Made by a program: the position numbers and the translations under genes
The notes under the pieces: generated by a model
What the model saw: the letters and a program-made list of their open reading frames with translations, nothing else
Databases searched by the model: none
What the model was told of the DNA's origin: nothing
Source of the DNA: Candidatus Saccharimonadota bacterium
GTDB taxonomy: Bacteria; Patescibacteriota; Saccharimonadia; UBA4664
Direction of reading: 5' to 3'
Assembly (NCBI GenBank): GCA_019352195.1
Contig: JACAFG010000002.1
Span: 103,820 to 167,819 of the forward strand
Length of the DNA: 64,000 nt
Shown here: positions 47,456 to 56,895 of the stretch, piece by piece
Layout of the letters: each line of letters opens with the position of its first letter
Position numbering within the stretch: position 1 is the stretch's first letter

Positions 47456-48078
47456 TGAGTATGCAGTTTGGCCGCGCTTATTTTGCGAGACGCTACCTAG
47501 AATTAACAGTCAACCAATTTGAGTTCGAGCCATTCATGATTGGGGCCTTGTTTCCAGATATACGACAGCTAGGTACCATTTCGCGAGAGGCCACCCATTT
47601 GGAAGGTGCCTCATTTCGGGCCTTGGCGGAAGAGACGTCCTCGTTTCGAGCTGGCATGCTGATCCACAATCTAATCGATACGCTGCGGGTCGGTTATCTG
47701 AAGGAGCATGGCGTGGATGAGGTTGATGACATGCTCTTGGCGACCCCACAGAAGCTCATCGAGGATGAACTGGTTTACAGTCATCAGGCTGATTGGTCGC
47801 GAGAGATTAAGGTGCTCGATAAAGTGTTAGATAATGAACTGGCCCTGGTTCAAGAGGCAACGGTCTTACTGTGGCATCGGATCATACAAGATTATTTTCG
47901 TGCCGGACCGACGCCAGCAGCATTTGAGATTCTTGGTTTGCAGTTAGTTGGTTCGTCGCCTAAATTATTGGCAAATATCGAGCAACGACGCTTGTCGCTA
48001 GGTCAGGATCGGGAGCGCCGAGCATTGATTAACTCGTTTATAGCAGAGTTTGATCGACTGGTGGTTGCTCATGGCTAA
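47455..48078 (+). CDS. Hypothetical protein, Zn-dependent PLC-like motifs
   Basis: GALFPD, REATH, GMLIHNLID. Confidence 0.5.
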   Translation: MSMQFGRAYFARRYLELTVNQFEFEPFMIGALFPDIRQLGTISREATHLEGASFRALAEETSSFRAGMLIHNLIDTLRVGYLKEHGVDEVDDMLLATPQKLIEDELVYSHQADWSREIKVLDKVLDNELALVQEATVLLWHRIIQDYFRAGPTPAAFEILGLQLVGSSPKLLANIEQRRLSLGQDRERRALINSFIAEFDRLVVAHG

Positions 48079-48670
48079 ACCAGTCATTGCCATTGATATT
48101 GATGAAGTGTTGGCACCTTTTAATGAGCGGATACTGGCGCATTACAACCGCATCGACGGGACGAGTATTGAGGCTCATGAGTACGGCGGTCTGGTTGATT
48201 TTGAGGATTTGTGGCATATTCCCAGAGCGGAGGCAATCGTCCGATTTGAGGAGTACCATCGTCATGGTCATTCGGGTCGTCATGAGCCCATGGACGAATC
48301 AATTGCGGCTGTGAGTGAGCTCAAACAACACTTTGAGCTTGTGGTTATTACCTCTCGGCAGCTGGAGTTTCAGACGGTAACTACCGAGTGGGTAAAGCGC
48401 CACTATCCGGGTATTTTCCGGGATGTCCATTTGGCTAATTATTGGGATGAGGATCGGCCTCGATCAACCAAGGCGGCAATATGTCAGCAGAGTCATGCTC
48501 AGGTCCTAATTGATGACGACCTAAAGTATGTCACTGAGGCTGCCGAGGCCGGATTGCGAGGTATATTGTTTGGCGACTATTCGTGGAATCAGGCAGGCAC
48601 ACTGCCACAGGGAGTAACTCGAGTTCATAATTGGCGTGAAGCGGTTATATTGCTAACGGAGGGGCTATGA
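48071..48670 (+). CDS. HAD 5'(3')-deoxyribonucleotidase-like
   Basis: DIDEVL, ITSR, K, LIDD, YSWN. Confidence 0.85.
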   Translation: MAKPVIAIDIDEVLAPFNERILAHYNRIDGTSIEAHEYGGLVDFEDLWHIPRAEAIVRFEEYHRHGHSGRHEPMDESIAAVSELKQHFELVVITSRQLEFQTVTTEWVKRHYPGIFRDVHLANYWDEDRPRSTKAAICQQSHAQVLIDDDLKYVTEAAEAGLRGILFGDYSWNQAGTLPQGVTRVHNWREAVILLTEGL

Positions 48671-49290
48671 GTCATAAACCGGTAATTGCGGTAGACCTGG
48701 ATGATGTGCTCTACCCGACGGCCCAGCACTTGGCTGACATCGTGGGCGAGCCGTTGGGAATTGCCATCGATGCATACCACGGTGACCGGCGTTTGCGCGA
48801 AGTAGTAGCGTCAAAAACAGGTATGAGCTTAAATGAGGCGGCAGCTTTGTCGCGTAGGGCCTTTTTGCACGAGGACTTTGCAGTGATGAAGCCGTTTCCA
48901 GCTGCGCTTGAAGCCATTTATGAGTTGGCCGCAACACACGATATTGTGGCAGTTACGGCGAGATCTAACGAAATTCACGCAACTACCAGGCGGGTGATTG
49001 AACGTGATTTTGGGAACCTGATTCGGGAAGTTTATTTTCCAAATACAGAGCGCTGGAGTGATGAACCAATCGATAAATTGCCGCATTTACGCGAAGTGGG
49101 TGCCGTCTGGCTGATTGACGATCGCTTGTCACACGTCGAACACTTGGGTGAGCTTGGTATTCATGGCGGTCTGTTTGGAAATTACCCTTGGAATCAAATT
49201 GATGCGTTGCCGCATGGGGTGGTGCGGCTGGCTAATTGGCCTGAGGCAGTTAGGGCAATTCGGGATGGTGGAGTGCATTCGTTATCATGA
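48667..49290 (+). CDS. HAD 5'(3')-deoxyribonucleotidase-like (paralog)
   Basis: DLDDVL, VTAR, LIDDR, YPWN. Confidence 0.85.
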   Translation: MSHKPVIAVDLDDVLYPTAQHLADIVGEPLGIAIDAYHGDRRLREVVASKTGMSLNEAAALSRRAFLHEDFAVMKPFPAALEAIYELAATHDIVAVTARSNEIHATTRRVIERDFGNLIREVYFPNTERWSDEPIDKLPHLREVGAVWLIDDRLSHVEHLGELGIHGGLFGNYPWNQIDALPHGVVRLANWPEAVRAIRDGGVHSLS

Positions 49291-49610
49291 ACCGGGAAGG
49301 TAGTTTTGCTGAAAAGATCCACACTTACGTTGCGATGATTCCGTTTGGCCGTGTGATGACCTATGGTCAGTTGGCAGCATTGGCCGGAAGTCCTCGCGCC
49401 GCGCGGCAAGTGGGCGGGGTAGCGCACTATGGTCCGGAAGGTTTACCATGGCAACGCGTAGTCAATAAGCATGGTGGAATGGCGGCCGGATTTCCTGGTG
49501 GCCCTAGCGCTCAGGCGGAAATGCTAGTAGCAGAAGGCGTTACCCTGAATGCGCAACAATGTCTCGACATCGAACGTCTGATCTGGTGGCCGCCCGAAGA
49601 TAGTGATTAA
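49287..49610 (+). CDS. Alkyltransferase-like protein (ATL, MGMT family)
   Basis: IPFGRVMTYGQLA, AARQVG, PWQRVV (Trp replacing the catalytic Cys). Confidence 0.88.
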   Translation: MNREGSFAEKIHTYVAMIPFGRVMTYGQLAALAGSPRAARQVGGVAHYGPEGLPWQRVVNKHGGMAAGFPGGPSAQAEMLVAEGVTLNAQQCLDIERLIWWPPEDSD

Positions 49611-49641
49611 ATCTATATTAAATGAAGTAATAATTACAACA

Positions 49642-50520
49642 ATGCTCGACAAAAATATACAAATAATTACCATTCTTGGCCCTACTGCCAGCGGAAAAAC
49701 CGACTTAGCACTCGCTTTGACCGCTAAATATAACGGTGAAATTATTTGTGCTGACTCGCGGACAATTTATCGGGCCATGGATATTGGTACGGCTAAACCA
49801 TCCGTCGAGGATCAAGCAAAGGTACCGCATCATCTGTTGGATCTTATAGATCCTGGTGAAACCTTGAGCGCGGGCGCCTTTAAGCGTCTGGCTGAGGCTA
49901 AAATTGTCGAAATTTCGAAGCGCGGCCACGTGCCGTTTTTGGTAGGCGGCTCTGGTTTATATATCGACGCGGTGATTTATGACTACCAGTTTCCTCTAGC
50001 CGCGCTCCCAGGTCTACGAGACCAACTTGAAATGTTAAGTGATAATGAACTCCGCCATAAATTAGCGGCCGAAGACGAAGCGCAGTTCGTACGCATCGAT
50101 ACTAACAACCGACGTCGGTTGATTCGGGCCTTGGAAACGTCCGGGCAAATACTAAGCAAACGGGATCGCCAGTTGCCAAACGTTTTAACCTTAGGACTGC
50201 GCTTGAACAAGGAAGTAATGCAACAGCGAATTGAAAAACGTATCGAAAAAATGCTTCAGCAAGGCCTTTTAAATGAAGTTAAGACTATCGGCGACACGTA
50301 TGGTTGGGATAGCGAAGCTCTGTCTGGGACGGGCTACCGGGCCTTTCGAGCCGTTGTGAACGGATCAAAAACCGTGGCTGAGGGTGTGTCAGACAATGTT
50401 CACGGCGATATGATGCTCGTTAAGAAGCAAATGACCTGGTTTAGGCGCAACCCCGATATTCACTGGCTTGATAAGCCCAGTGAAGCCGATGGGCTTGTCC
50501 GCGATTTTTTGGGCATGTAG
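49642..50520 (+). CDS. miaA: tRNA dimethylallyltransferase
   Basis: GPTASGKT, ADSR, DIGTAKP, PHHLLD, GGSGLY, KKQMTWF. Confidence 0.95.
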   Translation: MLDKNIQIITILGPTASGKTDLALALTAKYNGEIICADSRTIYRAMDIGTAKPSVEDQAKVPHHLLDLIDPGETLSAGAFKRLAEAKIVEISKRGHVPFLVGGSGLYIDAVIYDYQFPLAALPGLRDQLEMLSDNELRHKLAAEDEAQFVRIDTNNRRRLIRALETSGQILSKRDRQLPNVLTLGLRLNKEVMQQRIEKRIEKMLQQGLLNEVKTIGDTYGWDSEALSGTGYRAFRAVVNGSKTVAEGVSDNVHGDMMLVKKQMTWFRRNPDIHWLDKPSEADGLVRDFLGM

Positions 50521-50683
50521 CATGGTGGCATCAAAGTATGTGGCGGTTGTAACGCAATAGGCGACATTACGGAGGTTCTGAAATTTAGTGGACCGCCAGC
50601 TGCGACAAAGCGTGGTTGTCGGCGCTCAGATTTGGTATACTTATATCCAGTATCGAGCAAATAAGCGCGACGGAGTGGGGAAA

Positions 50684-51388
50684 ATGATCGAGCAATTATT
50701 TGGTTCAAAGACCCGAGTAAAGCTTCTGAGCTTGTTTTTTAACAACCCTGGACGGCCGTTTTATGTTCGCGAAATTACTCGAAAAATTGATGAGCAAATT
50801 AACAGCGTTCGCCGTGAGTTGGCTAACTTGCTGTCGATCGGACTTATTTCATCTGAGGGTTCAAATAACCGTCTCTATTACGAAGTAAATCCAAAGTATG
50901 AATACTATGAGCCGTTGCGCGGTATCTTCACGAGCATGCCTGTGAAGTCGCCTGATCCGGTCATTAAGGAAACGCAAGAAGAAGATCAGATTATTAAGCG
51001 TTTGCGCTCAACGGGAAGTGTCAGCTTTGCTTTCCTTAGCGGAACTTTTACGAACGACTCGCATACGAACATCGATATTTTTGTGGTTGGCGATATCAAT
51101 AAAGCCCGTCTGGCTAAAATGGTGGGTGAAATGGAAAAAGAGATGGGTCGTGAGCTCAATTATTCGGCTCTCACACCAGAAGAATATGAGTATCGTTTGA
51201 GCCTAAACGATCGGTTTATTACGACAGTACTCGAGGCGAAGAAAATAGTCGTCATCGATGGCCAAAAAGAGAAGCCGCTGGCTCACAGTGATGTGACGTT
51301 TGGTGAATTTATGGGCGACATCGCTCCGGACCCCGAACACCCGACAAGCCGTCCCGTTCCTGTTAGTATTAAGTCTCAACCCCGATAA
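50684..51388 (+). CDS. Winged-helix plus nucleotidyltransferase-like protein
   Basis: LFGSKTRVKLL, YVREI, VRREL; SGTF..IDIFVVGD...GRELNY. Confidence 0.7.
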   Translation: MIEQLFGSKTRVKLLSLFFNNPGRPFYVREITRKIDEQINSVRRELANLLSIGLISSEGSNNRLYYEVNPKYEYYEPLRGIFTSMPVKSPDPVIKETQEEDQIIKRLRSTGSVSFAFLSGTFTNDSHTNIDIFVVGDINKARLAKMVGEMEKEMGRELNYSALTPEEYEYRLSLNDRFITTVLEAKKIVVIDGQKEKPLAHSDVTFGEFMGDIAPDPEHPTSRPVPVSIKSQPR

Positions 51389-51407
51389 CGAGTTACAAAG
51401 GAAACCA

Positions 51408-52034
51408 ATGGATTTAACATATCTTGGCGCTGGCGCCGTTAAACTATCTAGCAAAAACCTCACCGTAGTGTGCGACCCTTACACCAAAGAATCGGGCCTG
51501 CCCACCATTAATGTGCGTGCTGAAGTTGTCACTAAGTCTGGACCGGAAGGTTTTGGTGAGGTAAGCGGAGCCACTATTTCGTTTGATCAGCCGGGTGAAT
51601 ATGAAGCTAAAGGAGTGTCTATTAAGGGTGTTCCGGCGCAACTGCACACTGACGAGACAGGCGAGCGGGGAACCGTGTTTGCCTTTGACATGGACGGAAC
51701 GAATGTAATTGTAGTTGGCAATATTGCCGGCAAACTTGATGACCGTAAGCTTGAGCGACTGGGCCAAGCCGATGTGCTCGTGGTTCCGGTCGGAGGTTTT
51801 GGACTCACCCTCGATGCTGCGGGTGCTGCCGAACTGGTTACACAATTTGAACCCAGTTACGTGGTACCCGTCCACTACGACGATGGTAAGACGGTATACC
51901 CCATGCCACAGGCAGGTGTAGATGAGTTTTTGAAGGAAATGGGGGCAACTGGTGTTGAACCAATTGCCAAGCTAAAGATTAACTCCAAGGAAATGCCCCC
52001 TGAGACCCAGATTGTAGTTCTTCAGCGGGCTTAA
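51408..52034 (+). CDS. MBL-fold protein (Lactamase_B_3-like)
   Basis: DPY, PGEYE, DVLVVPVGG, VVPVHY. Confidence 0.8.
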   Translation: MDLTYLGAGAVKLSSKNLTVVCDPYTKESGLPTINVRAEVVTKSGPEGFGEVSGATISFDQPGEYEAKGVSIKGVPAQLHTDETGERGTVFAFDMDGTNVIVVGNIAGKLDDRKLERLGQADVLVVPVGGFGLTLDAAGAAELVTQFEPSYVVPVHYDDGKTVYPMPQAGVDEFLKEMGATGVEPIAKLKINSKEMPPETQIVVLQRA

Positions 52035-52171
52035 CTCGTTTTCATTGCTCACAAAATGACCAGGATAGCCTGGTTTTTTTGGTATGGGTATTGTAGTGGT
52101 TGGAGAATCAGCCGATCAAAAACTATCAAAAAACCGTCTCCTCAGAGACGGAATGTTGATAGCGAGCGAAA

Positions 52172-52411
52172 CTACGCTGTGGCTTCTGCTGGAGTTGTCT
52201 CGGCGGTAGCTTTCGCTAATGCTTCGCGCTCGTATTTGGCGAGAGTGCGAATACATGACGTACAAAGCTTAGCCTGAACTTTGGTAGTACCAAGGACAAG
52301 CGTGTGGCGCTGGAGGTTTGGCTTCCAGACTTTGCGGGTCTTGTGAAGCGAGAACGGTACACTGTTACCGAACTGCTTACCCTTATTACAGATGTCGCAG
52401 GCGTAGGCCAT
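52172..52411 (-). CDS. rpmB: 50S ribosomal protein L28
   Basis: CDICNKG..FGNSVPFS..KTRKVWKPNLQ...CTSCIR. Confidence 0.93.
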   Translation of the reverse strand: MAYACDICNKGKQFGNSVPFSLHKTRKVWKPNLQRHTLVLGTTKVQAKLCTSCIRTLAKYEREALAKATAETTPAEATA

Positions 52412-52518
52412 GGAAATAGTCCGTTTAAAACCTTGTAATCTTAGCGAATGTTTACAGATAAGTCAATTGCTACGTGAGGGGTCGCGGGTGCGACCCCTCA
52501 CGTATGAGGTTGTTGGGC

Positions 52519-52881
52519 TCAGACGGCCACTAGCTTGGTGCCGGTTGCTCCAGAGCTGGTCGCTTTGGACAACTGTGCCTGGAGGTACCCGAGCGACGAC
52601 TTGCGGTAGGCCGGCGTGACCGGGTGGCCGATGAACGCTGTGACGTCGGCCACGATGTCCCCGAGGGCGGCGCGGATCACTCGACCTGCCTCCAACGCAT
52701 TCACAGCGGCGTTGGCGGCGCTGCCATCATTGATCGTGACGCACACGACACGGCGTAGGAAGGTGCCCGACGGGAAGGTGGGCGTGGTTTGGACGTTTGG
52801 CAGGTGGTCGAGGATGTTCTCCACCTGGCTGGCGGTGGCTTGACTGAAGGTGACGGCAACGAGAACGGGGAAGATCGACAT
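52519..52881 (-). CDS. Hypothetical protein
   Basis: Predicted promoter TTGACC/TATACT; perfect 15-bp stem at 52471-52504 downstream. Confidence 0.55.
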   Translation of the reverse strand: MSIFPVLVAVTFSQATASQVENILDHLPNVQTTPTFPSGTFLRRVVCVTINDGSAANAAVNALEAGRVIRAALGDIVADVTAFIGHPVTPAYRKSSLGYLQAQLSKATSSGATGTKLVAV

Positions 52882-52946
52882 GCGAGCTCGATTCTTGAGA
52901 GGCGGAGTTAGGACCTGAAGAAGTATAGTCCAGCCAAGAAACAAGG

Positions 52947-53303
52947 TCAATCGCTGGAACTGCCTGCTTGATCGATGCGGTTGGCTATGGGTAGCGGCCG
53001 GACCTGCGCGACCGTGGACACGATAGCCCCGATGGCGGCAGTAACGAGATCAAGGGCACCCTGACGAGCTGCATCGGCTGCGCTTTGTTCGCTTGTCGCG
53101 CTCGCTTCAATGACGATTGAAACAAGCGCGGCCACCACTTTCGTACCTCTCGACTTCGGTAGAAGTCGCGGTGTCAGCTCGCGCTCGCTGTATTCAAACG
53201 TCACCGTAAGACCGGTAATACGCTTGAGCTGGGCCGTGAGCCGGGGCACTGGCGTTTGCGGCTGGACACGCAATCTCACTTGGAAGAGAGCTTCGTAAGA
53301 CAT
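52947..53303 (-). CDS. Hypothetical protein
   Basis: GAGG SD; predicted promoter TTGACC/TATCAT. Confidence 0.55.
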   Translation of the reverse strand: MSYEALFQVRLRVQPQTPVPRLTAQLKRITGLTVTFEYSERELTPRLLPKSRGTKVVAALVSIVIEASATSEQSAADAARQGALDLVTAAIGAIVSTVAQVRPLPIANRIDQAGSSSD

Positions 53304-53395
53304 GTAACCTCATTTCAACGAGCGTGGATGGATTTGAGCGTGGCGCCATGATAGCCCCGGCGACAATCGCGGTCAACCGCGATACAATAGAGGCT

Positions 53396-54028
53396 ATGTT
53401 GGATTTTCAGACCGTTGCCGCCAGTTTGGTTGCGCTTTTATTGGGGCTAACGCTCCATGAGTTTGCTCATGCGTTGATGGGGCATTATTTGGGTGATACG
53501 ACGGCGCAGGAAGCTGGGCGCTTATCGGTGAACCCATTCGTACATATTGATCCGGTAAATACCTTAGCGCTGCCATTGCTCCTCATACTAGCGGGTTCGC
53601 CCATTGTGTTTGCGGCCGCCAAGCCAGTGCCATTTAATCCGTGGCGGCTGCGCTACGGGCGTTGGGGAGCGGCCATGGTAGCCGCTGCGGGGCCCGTAAC
53701 CAACTTGCTGCTTGCCATTATTTTTGGTTTGTATTTACGCTTTGTGCCCATGGGCCCCACGATTGGGCAATTTTTCTACATCATTGTGGTAACAAACGTG
53801 TCACTGTTTGTGTTTAACCTAATTCCGTTTCCGCCGCTTGATGGCTCGCGCGTACTGTATGCGGCCGTGCCAATCCAGATTCGAGAAGTTATGGACCGGA
53901 TTGAGTCGATTGGTTTTATGGCGATCGTAATTTTTATGGTGGCTTATTATTACCTTGGAATCGGTCATTTGTTCTCGGTATTGGTTTTTCGCATTGTGCA
54001 GCTCATTGTGCCAGTACCGGGTTTCTAG
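53396..54028 (+). CDS. Site-2 protease (M50)
   Basis: HEFAH, GRLSVNP, AGP..N, FNLIPFPPLDG. Confidence 0.92.
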   Translation: MLDFQTVAASLVALLLGLTLHEFAHALMGHYLGDTTAQEAGRLSVNPFVHIDPVNTLALPLLLILAGSPIVFAAAKPVPFNPWRLRYGRWGAAMVAAAGPVTNLLLAIIFGLYLRFVPMGPTIGQFFYIIVVTNVSLFVFNLIPFPPLDGSRVLYAAVPIQIREVMDRIESIGFMAIVIFMVAYYYLGIGHLFSVLVFRIVQLIVPVPGF

Positions 54029-54105
54029 ATTCTGGGCGAAGATTGGCCTCAAAATTGGAACAAGTTACGCTTGGAGACGTGCAACTGAGCCGATATAATA
54101 GAATC

Positions 54106-54256
54106 AACTCGGCGGCGTTCGTTATGGTTGATCATTTTTCTCTGTAAACTTTTATCGGGAATTCAAGATTGCCTCCAACCTCGGTTGTGAGTGCTGCGGA
54201 CACCCACCTGCTTTACGCAGGGAAAAGTTGGATAACCAGACGGCGCTCGCGGAGCT
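54106..54256 (+). ncRNA. ssrS: Probable 6S RNA (SsrS)
   Basis: TATAAT at 54094; rod pairing ggcgttcgt/acggcgct, tggtt/aacca, atttttctctg/cagggaaaagt around a central bubble; ggacacccacctgc resembles Firmicutes-type 6S. Confidence 0.7.
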
Positions 54257-54280
54257 AGCAATTATGTTGGAAAGATAGCC

Positions 54281-54964
54281 GTGACCTACGCGCAGCTGAG
54301 CTGTAATTTTGATCCCGGTTGGAGAGTAGCGCTTGGCAGTGCAGGCGAACCTTTGCAAGCGGTTCACCAGTTTTTAGACGCCGAAATGGCGGCTGGTCGC
54401 CCTTACTTGCCTGAGTCTGAGCTCGTTTTGCGAGCTTTTAAACAGCCACTCAACCAAGTACGTGTCTTAATTGTTGGCCAAGATCCCTATCCCACGCCTG
54501 GGCACCCAGTCGGGTTATCGTTTGCCGTGGGAGCAGGTGTGAGGCCATTGCCGCGAAGTTTAGTAAATATCTACGCCGAGCTTGAGTCCGATATGGGGTA
54601 TCCGCCTTCAACGAGTGGCGATCTGAGCCCATGGAGCCGTCAGGGTATATTGCTGCTCAACCGAGTTTTGAGTGTTCAGTCGGGCATTGCCGGATCTCAT
54701 CGAGGGCGTGGTTGGGAACAATTCACTGATCAAGCGGTCCGTGCTCTTGTAGCGCGAGACAAACCCCTCGTCGCAATCCTATGGGGTAATGACGCGCTTA
54801 AACTGCTGCCTTTATTGGGCACAACACCGGTTATAACGAGCGCACACCCCAGTCCGTTATCAGCGCGCCGCGGTTTTTTTGGTTCAAAACCATTTTCGCG
54901 GACCAATGCATTGCTAGAGCAAATGGGCGCAGATCCAATCGACTGGCGCTTGCCCGCAGCCTAG
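54281..54964 (+). CDS. ung: Uracil-DNA glycosylase family 1
   Basis: [28 protein letters not shown]. Confidence 0.95.
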   Translation: MTYAQLSCNFDPGWRVALGSAGEPLQAVHQFLDAEMAAGRPYLPESELVLRAFKQPLNQVRVLIVGQDPYPTPGHPVGLSFAVGAGVRPLPRSLVNIYAELESDMGYPPSTSGDLSPWSRQGILLLNRVLSVQSGIAGSHRGRGWEQFTDQAVRALVARDKPLVAILWGNDALKLLPLLGTTPVITSAHPSPLSARRGFFGSKPFSRTNALLEQMGADPIDWRLPAA

Positions 54965-54996
54965 TTTTTGGGCATACTTACTGGGTCCTAACATTT

Positions 54997-55072
54997 CGGG
55001 GTGTGGCGCAGTTGGTAGCGCGTACGGCTGGGGGCCGTGAGGTCGCAGGTTCGAGCCCTGTCACCCCGACCA
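54997..55072 (+). tRNA. tRNA-Pro(GGG)
   Basis: CGGGGTG acceptor, TACGG-CTGGGGG-CCGTG, CCA. Confidence 0.93.
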
Positions 55073-55151
55073 TGAATTATTTGTTGGCAAGCAGCACGTC
55101 TCCGGCGATGCTGTTTTGTTTTGGAGGTGACACTGTTATGCTGAGACCAAC

Positions 55152-55547
55152 ATGACTGCTAAAATACTCGAAATATTTGTGGTGGCTGCGGTAGTATTTG
55201 CTACTATCGATTTGGTTTGGATCGTAGGTGTAGTCAATAAGATGTATCGTGAGGAGCTGGGTTCGATTGTTCTCAAAAAACCGCGGTCGCTACCGGCGGT
55301 GCTGTTCTATCTTATTTACATAGGTGGGCTCGTATATTTTGCAATATTGCCAGCCTACAACGACGGTACGGCCTTATCGGCCCTACGCGATGGTGCGCTC
55401 TACGGACTATTTACTTACGCCACGTTCGACCTCACTAACTGGTCAGTACTCGAATCGTGGACCCGCAAAGTTGTATTGGCCGACATCGCCTGGGGAATCG
55501 TAATTTCAGGTACGGTTGCGGGGTTAACGCGGCTGATAGTTGGGTAG
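55152..55547 (+). CDS. DUF2177 family membrane protein
   Basis: IDLVWI, FYLIY, GALYG..TYATFDLTN, DIAWG. Confidence 0.85.
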   Translation: MTAKILEIFVVAAVVFATIDLVWIVGVVNKMYREELGSIVLKKPRSLPAVLFYLIYIGGLVYFAILPAYNDGTALSALRDGALYGLFTYATFDLTNWSVLESWTRKVVLADIAWGIVISGTVAGLTRLIVG

Positions 55548-55553
55548 CCAGCG

Positions 55554-56393
55554 ATGCTTCATTCTTTGATAACGTCCGTAACTCATAGCGCGGTCATGTT
55601 CACCTTGTGGTGTAACTTAGTTGGCGCCATGATTTTTATGACGCTGGCGTTTGCTGTAGCTCAGTGGCGTAAGCGCTTGGATATAGCCGACATCGCGTGG
55701 GGATTGGTTTTTATTGTTATCGCCGTCACGAGCTATGCAGTTGGTGGTACGAATTCGACGCGCCCATTGGTGATGACAACGCTGGTAACGCTATGGGGAC
55801 TGCGTTTAAGTGCGCATATTTTCCTCCGGTTTATTCGTAAACCTGATGAAGACCGCCGTTACGCGGTCATGCGTGAGGGATACGTGAAGCATCCCGTTTT
55901 GCTACCTTATTTTAAGGTTTTTATTTCGCAAGGTTTGCTGGCGCTCGTAATAACGTTACCGCTAACAATCGCCTGTACTACCAGCGACTATTATTTTGGT
56001 TGGTTAAGTGGAGTGGGAGTATTTATCTGGGGGATCGGTTTCTTCTTTGAGACGCTCGGTGACTCTCAGCTTATGATGTTTTTGGGTAACAAACGCAATA
56101 AAGGGAAGTTGATGACGACTGGTTTGTGGAGTTTGACGCGTCATCCCAATTATTTCGGTGAAATAACGCAGTGGTGGGGCATCGGTATTATTGCTTTGGC
56201 CACACCGTACGGCTGGATCGGACTGCTTGGTCCACTTACCATTACGTTTTTGATTGTGAAAGTTTCCGGCGTACCGTTGCTGGAGCAAGCGTACGCGGGT
56301 CGGCCAGATTGGGAAGCCTATAAAGCAAAAACCAATAAACTTATCCCGTGGAGACGCAAAGCTACAGTGGTTTCCGATCCAAAAACGTCGTAA
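55554..56393 (+). CDS. DUF1295 (steroid 5-alpha-reductase-like) membrane protein
   Basis: DIAWG, EDRRY, GDSQL, GLWSLTRHPNYFGE, SGVPLLE. Confidence 0.9.
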   Translation: MLHSLITSVTHSAVMFTLWCNLVGAMIFMTLAFAVAQWRKRLDIADIAWGLVFIVIAVTSYAVGGTNSTRPLVMTTLVTLWGLRLSAHIFLRFIRKPDEDRRYAVMREGYVKHPVLLPYFKVFISQGLLALVITLPLTIACTTSDYYFGWLSGVGVFIWGIGFFFETLGDSQLMMFLGNKRNKGKLMTTGLWSLTRHPNYFGEITQWWGIGIIALATPYGWIGLLGPLTITFLIVKVSGVPLLEQAYAGRPDWEAYKAKTNKLIPWRRKATVVSDPKTS

Positions 56394-56464
56394 AAGTTAC
56401 ATCATTATACTTTAATTGTGGTAACTATGATTGATTTTTTGGTTCTTTTTTGTCATAATTTGGT

Positions 56465-56815
56465 TGTCAGTCGGCAAGATGATTGCTTCGTTTCGCGAAG
56501 AGGAAAGTCCGGACAGCATAGAGCAGAACGGTTGCTAACGGCAACCGAAGGTGACTTTAGGGAAAGTGCCACAGAAACAAAACCGCCTCGTAAGAGGTAA
56601 GGATGAAAAGAGTGAGGTAAGAGCTCACAGTCGACGTTGGTGACAACGCCGAGAGGTAAACCCCGTTCGCTGCAAGGTTGCTGGAACATCCCGTAAGGGC
56701 TGCTGCTCGCAGGTTCCGGTGTACGTACCGCTTGAGGCCTATGGCAACATGGGTCCCAGATAGATGATCATTGGGCCATTTGGCTTACAGAATCCGGCTT
56801 ACTAACCGTCTGACA
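56465..56815 (+). ncRNA. rnpB: RNase P RNA
   Basis: GAGGAAAGTCC, GAAAGTGCCACAGAAA, GGTAAACCCC, ACAGAATCCGGCTTA; ends pair as P1. Confidence 0.95.
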
Positions 56816-56820
56816 TAATA

Positions 56821-56847
56821 CAAAACCGCCCTTACCGGGCGGTTTTG
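56821..56847 (+). terminator. rnpB terminator
   Basis: caaaaccgccc-ttacc-gggcggttttg. Confidence 0.75.
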
Positions 56848-56895
56848 TGGTTACAAAAGGCCGGCGTGGTAGAATAAGAAGGAATTTATAGCCAT

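Noticed and set aside
56418-56689. Short ORFs over the RNase P RNA (and similar ORFs over tRNAs at 18797-19148, 27166-27435 and 43187-43372)
   Set aside because: They overlap well-supported structural RNA genes and are spurious.
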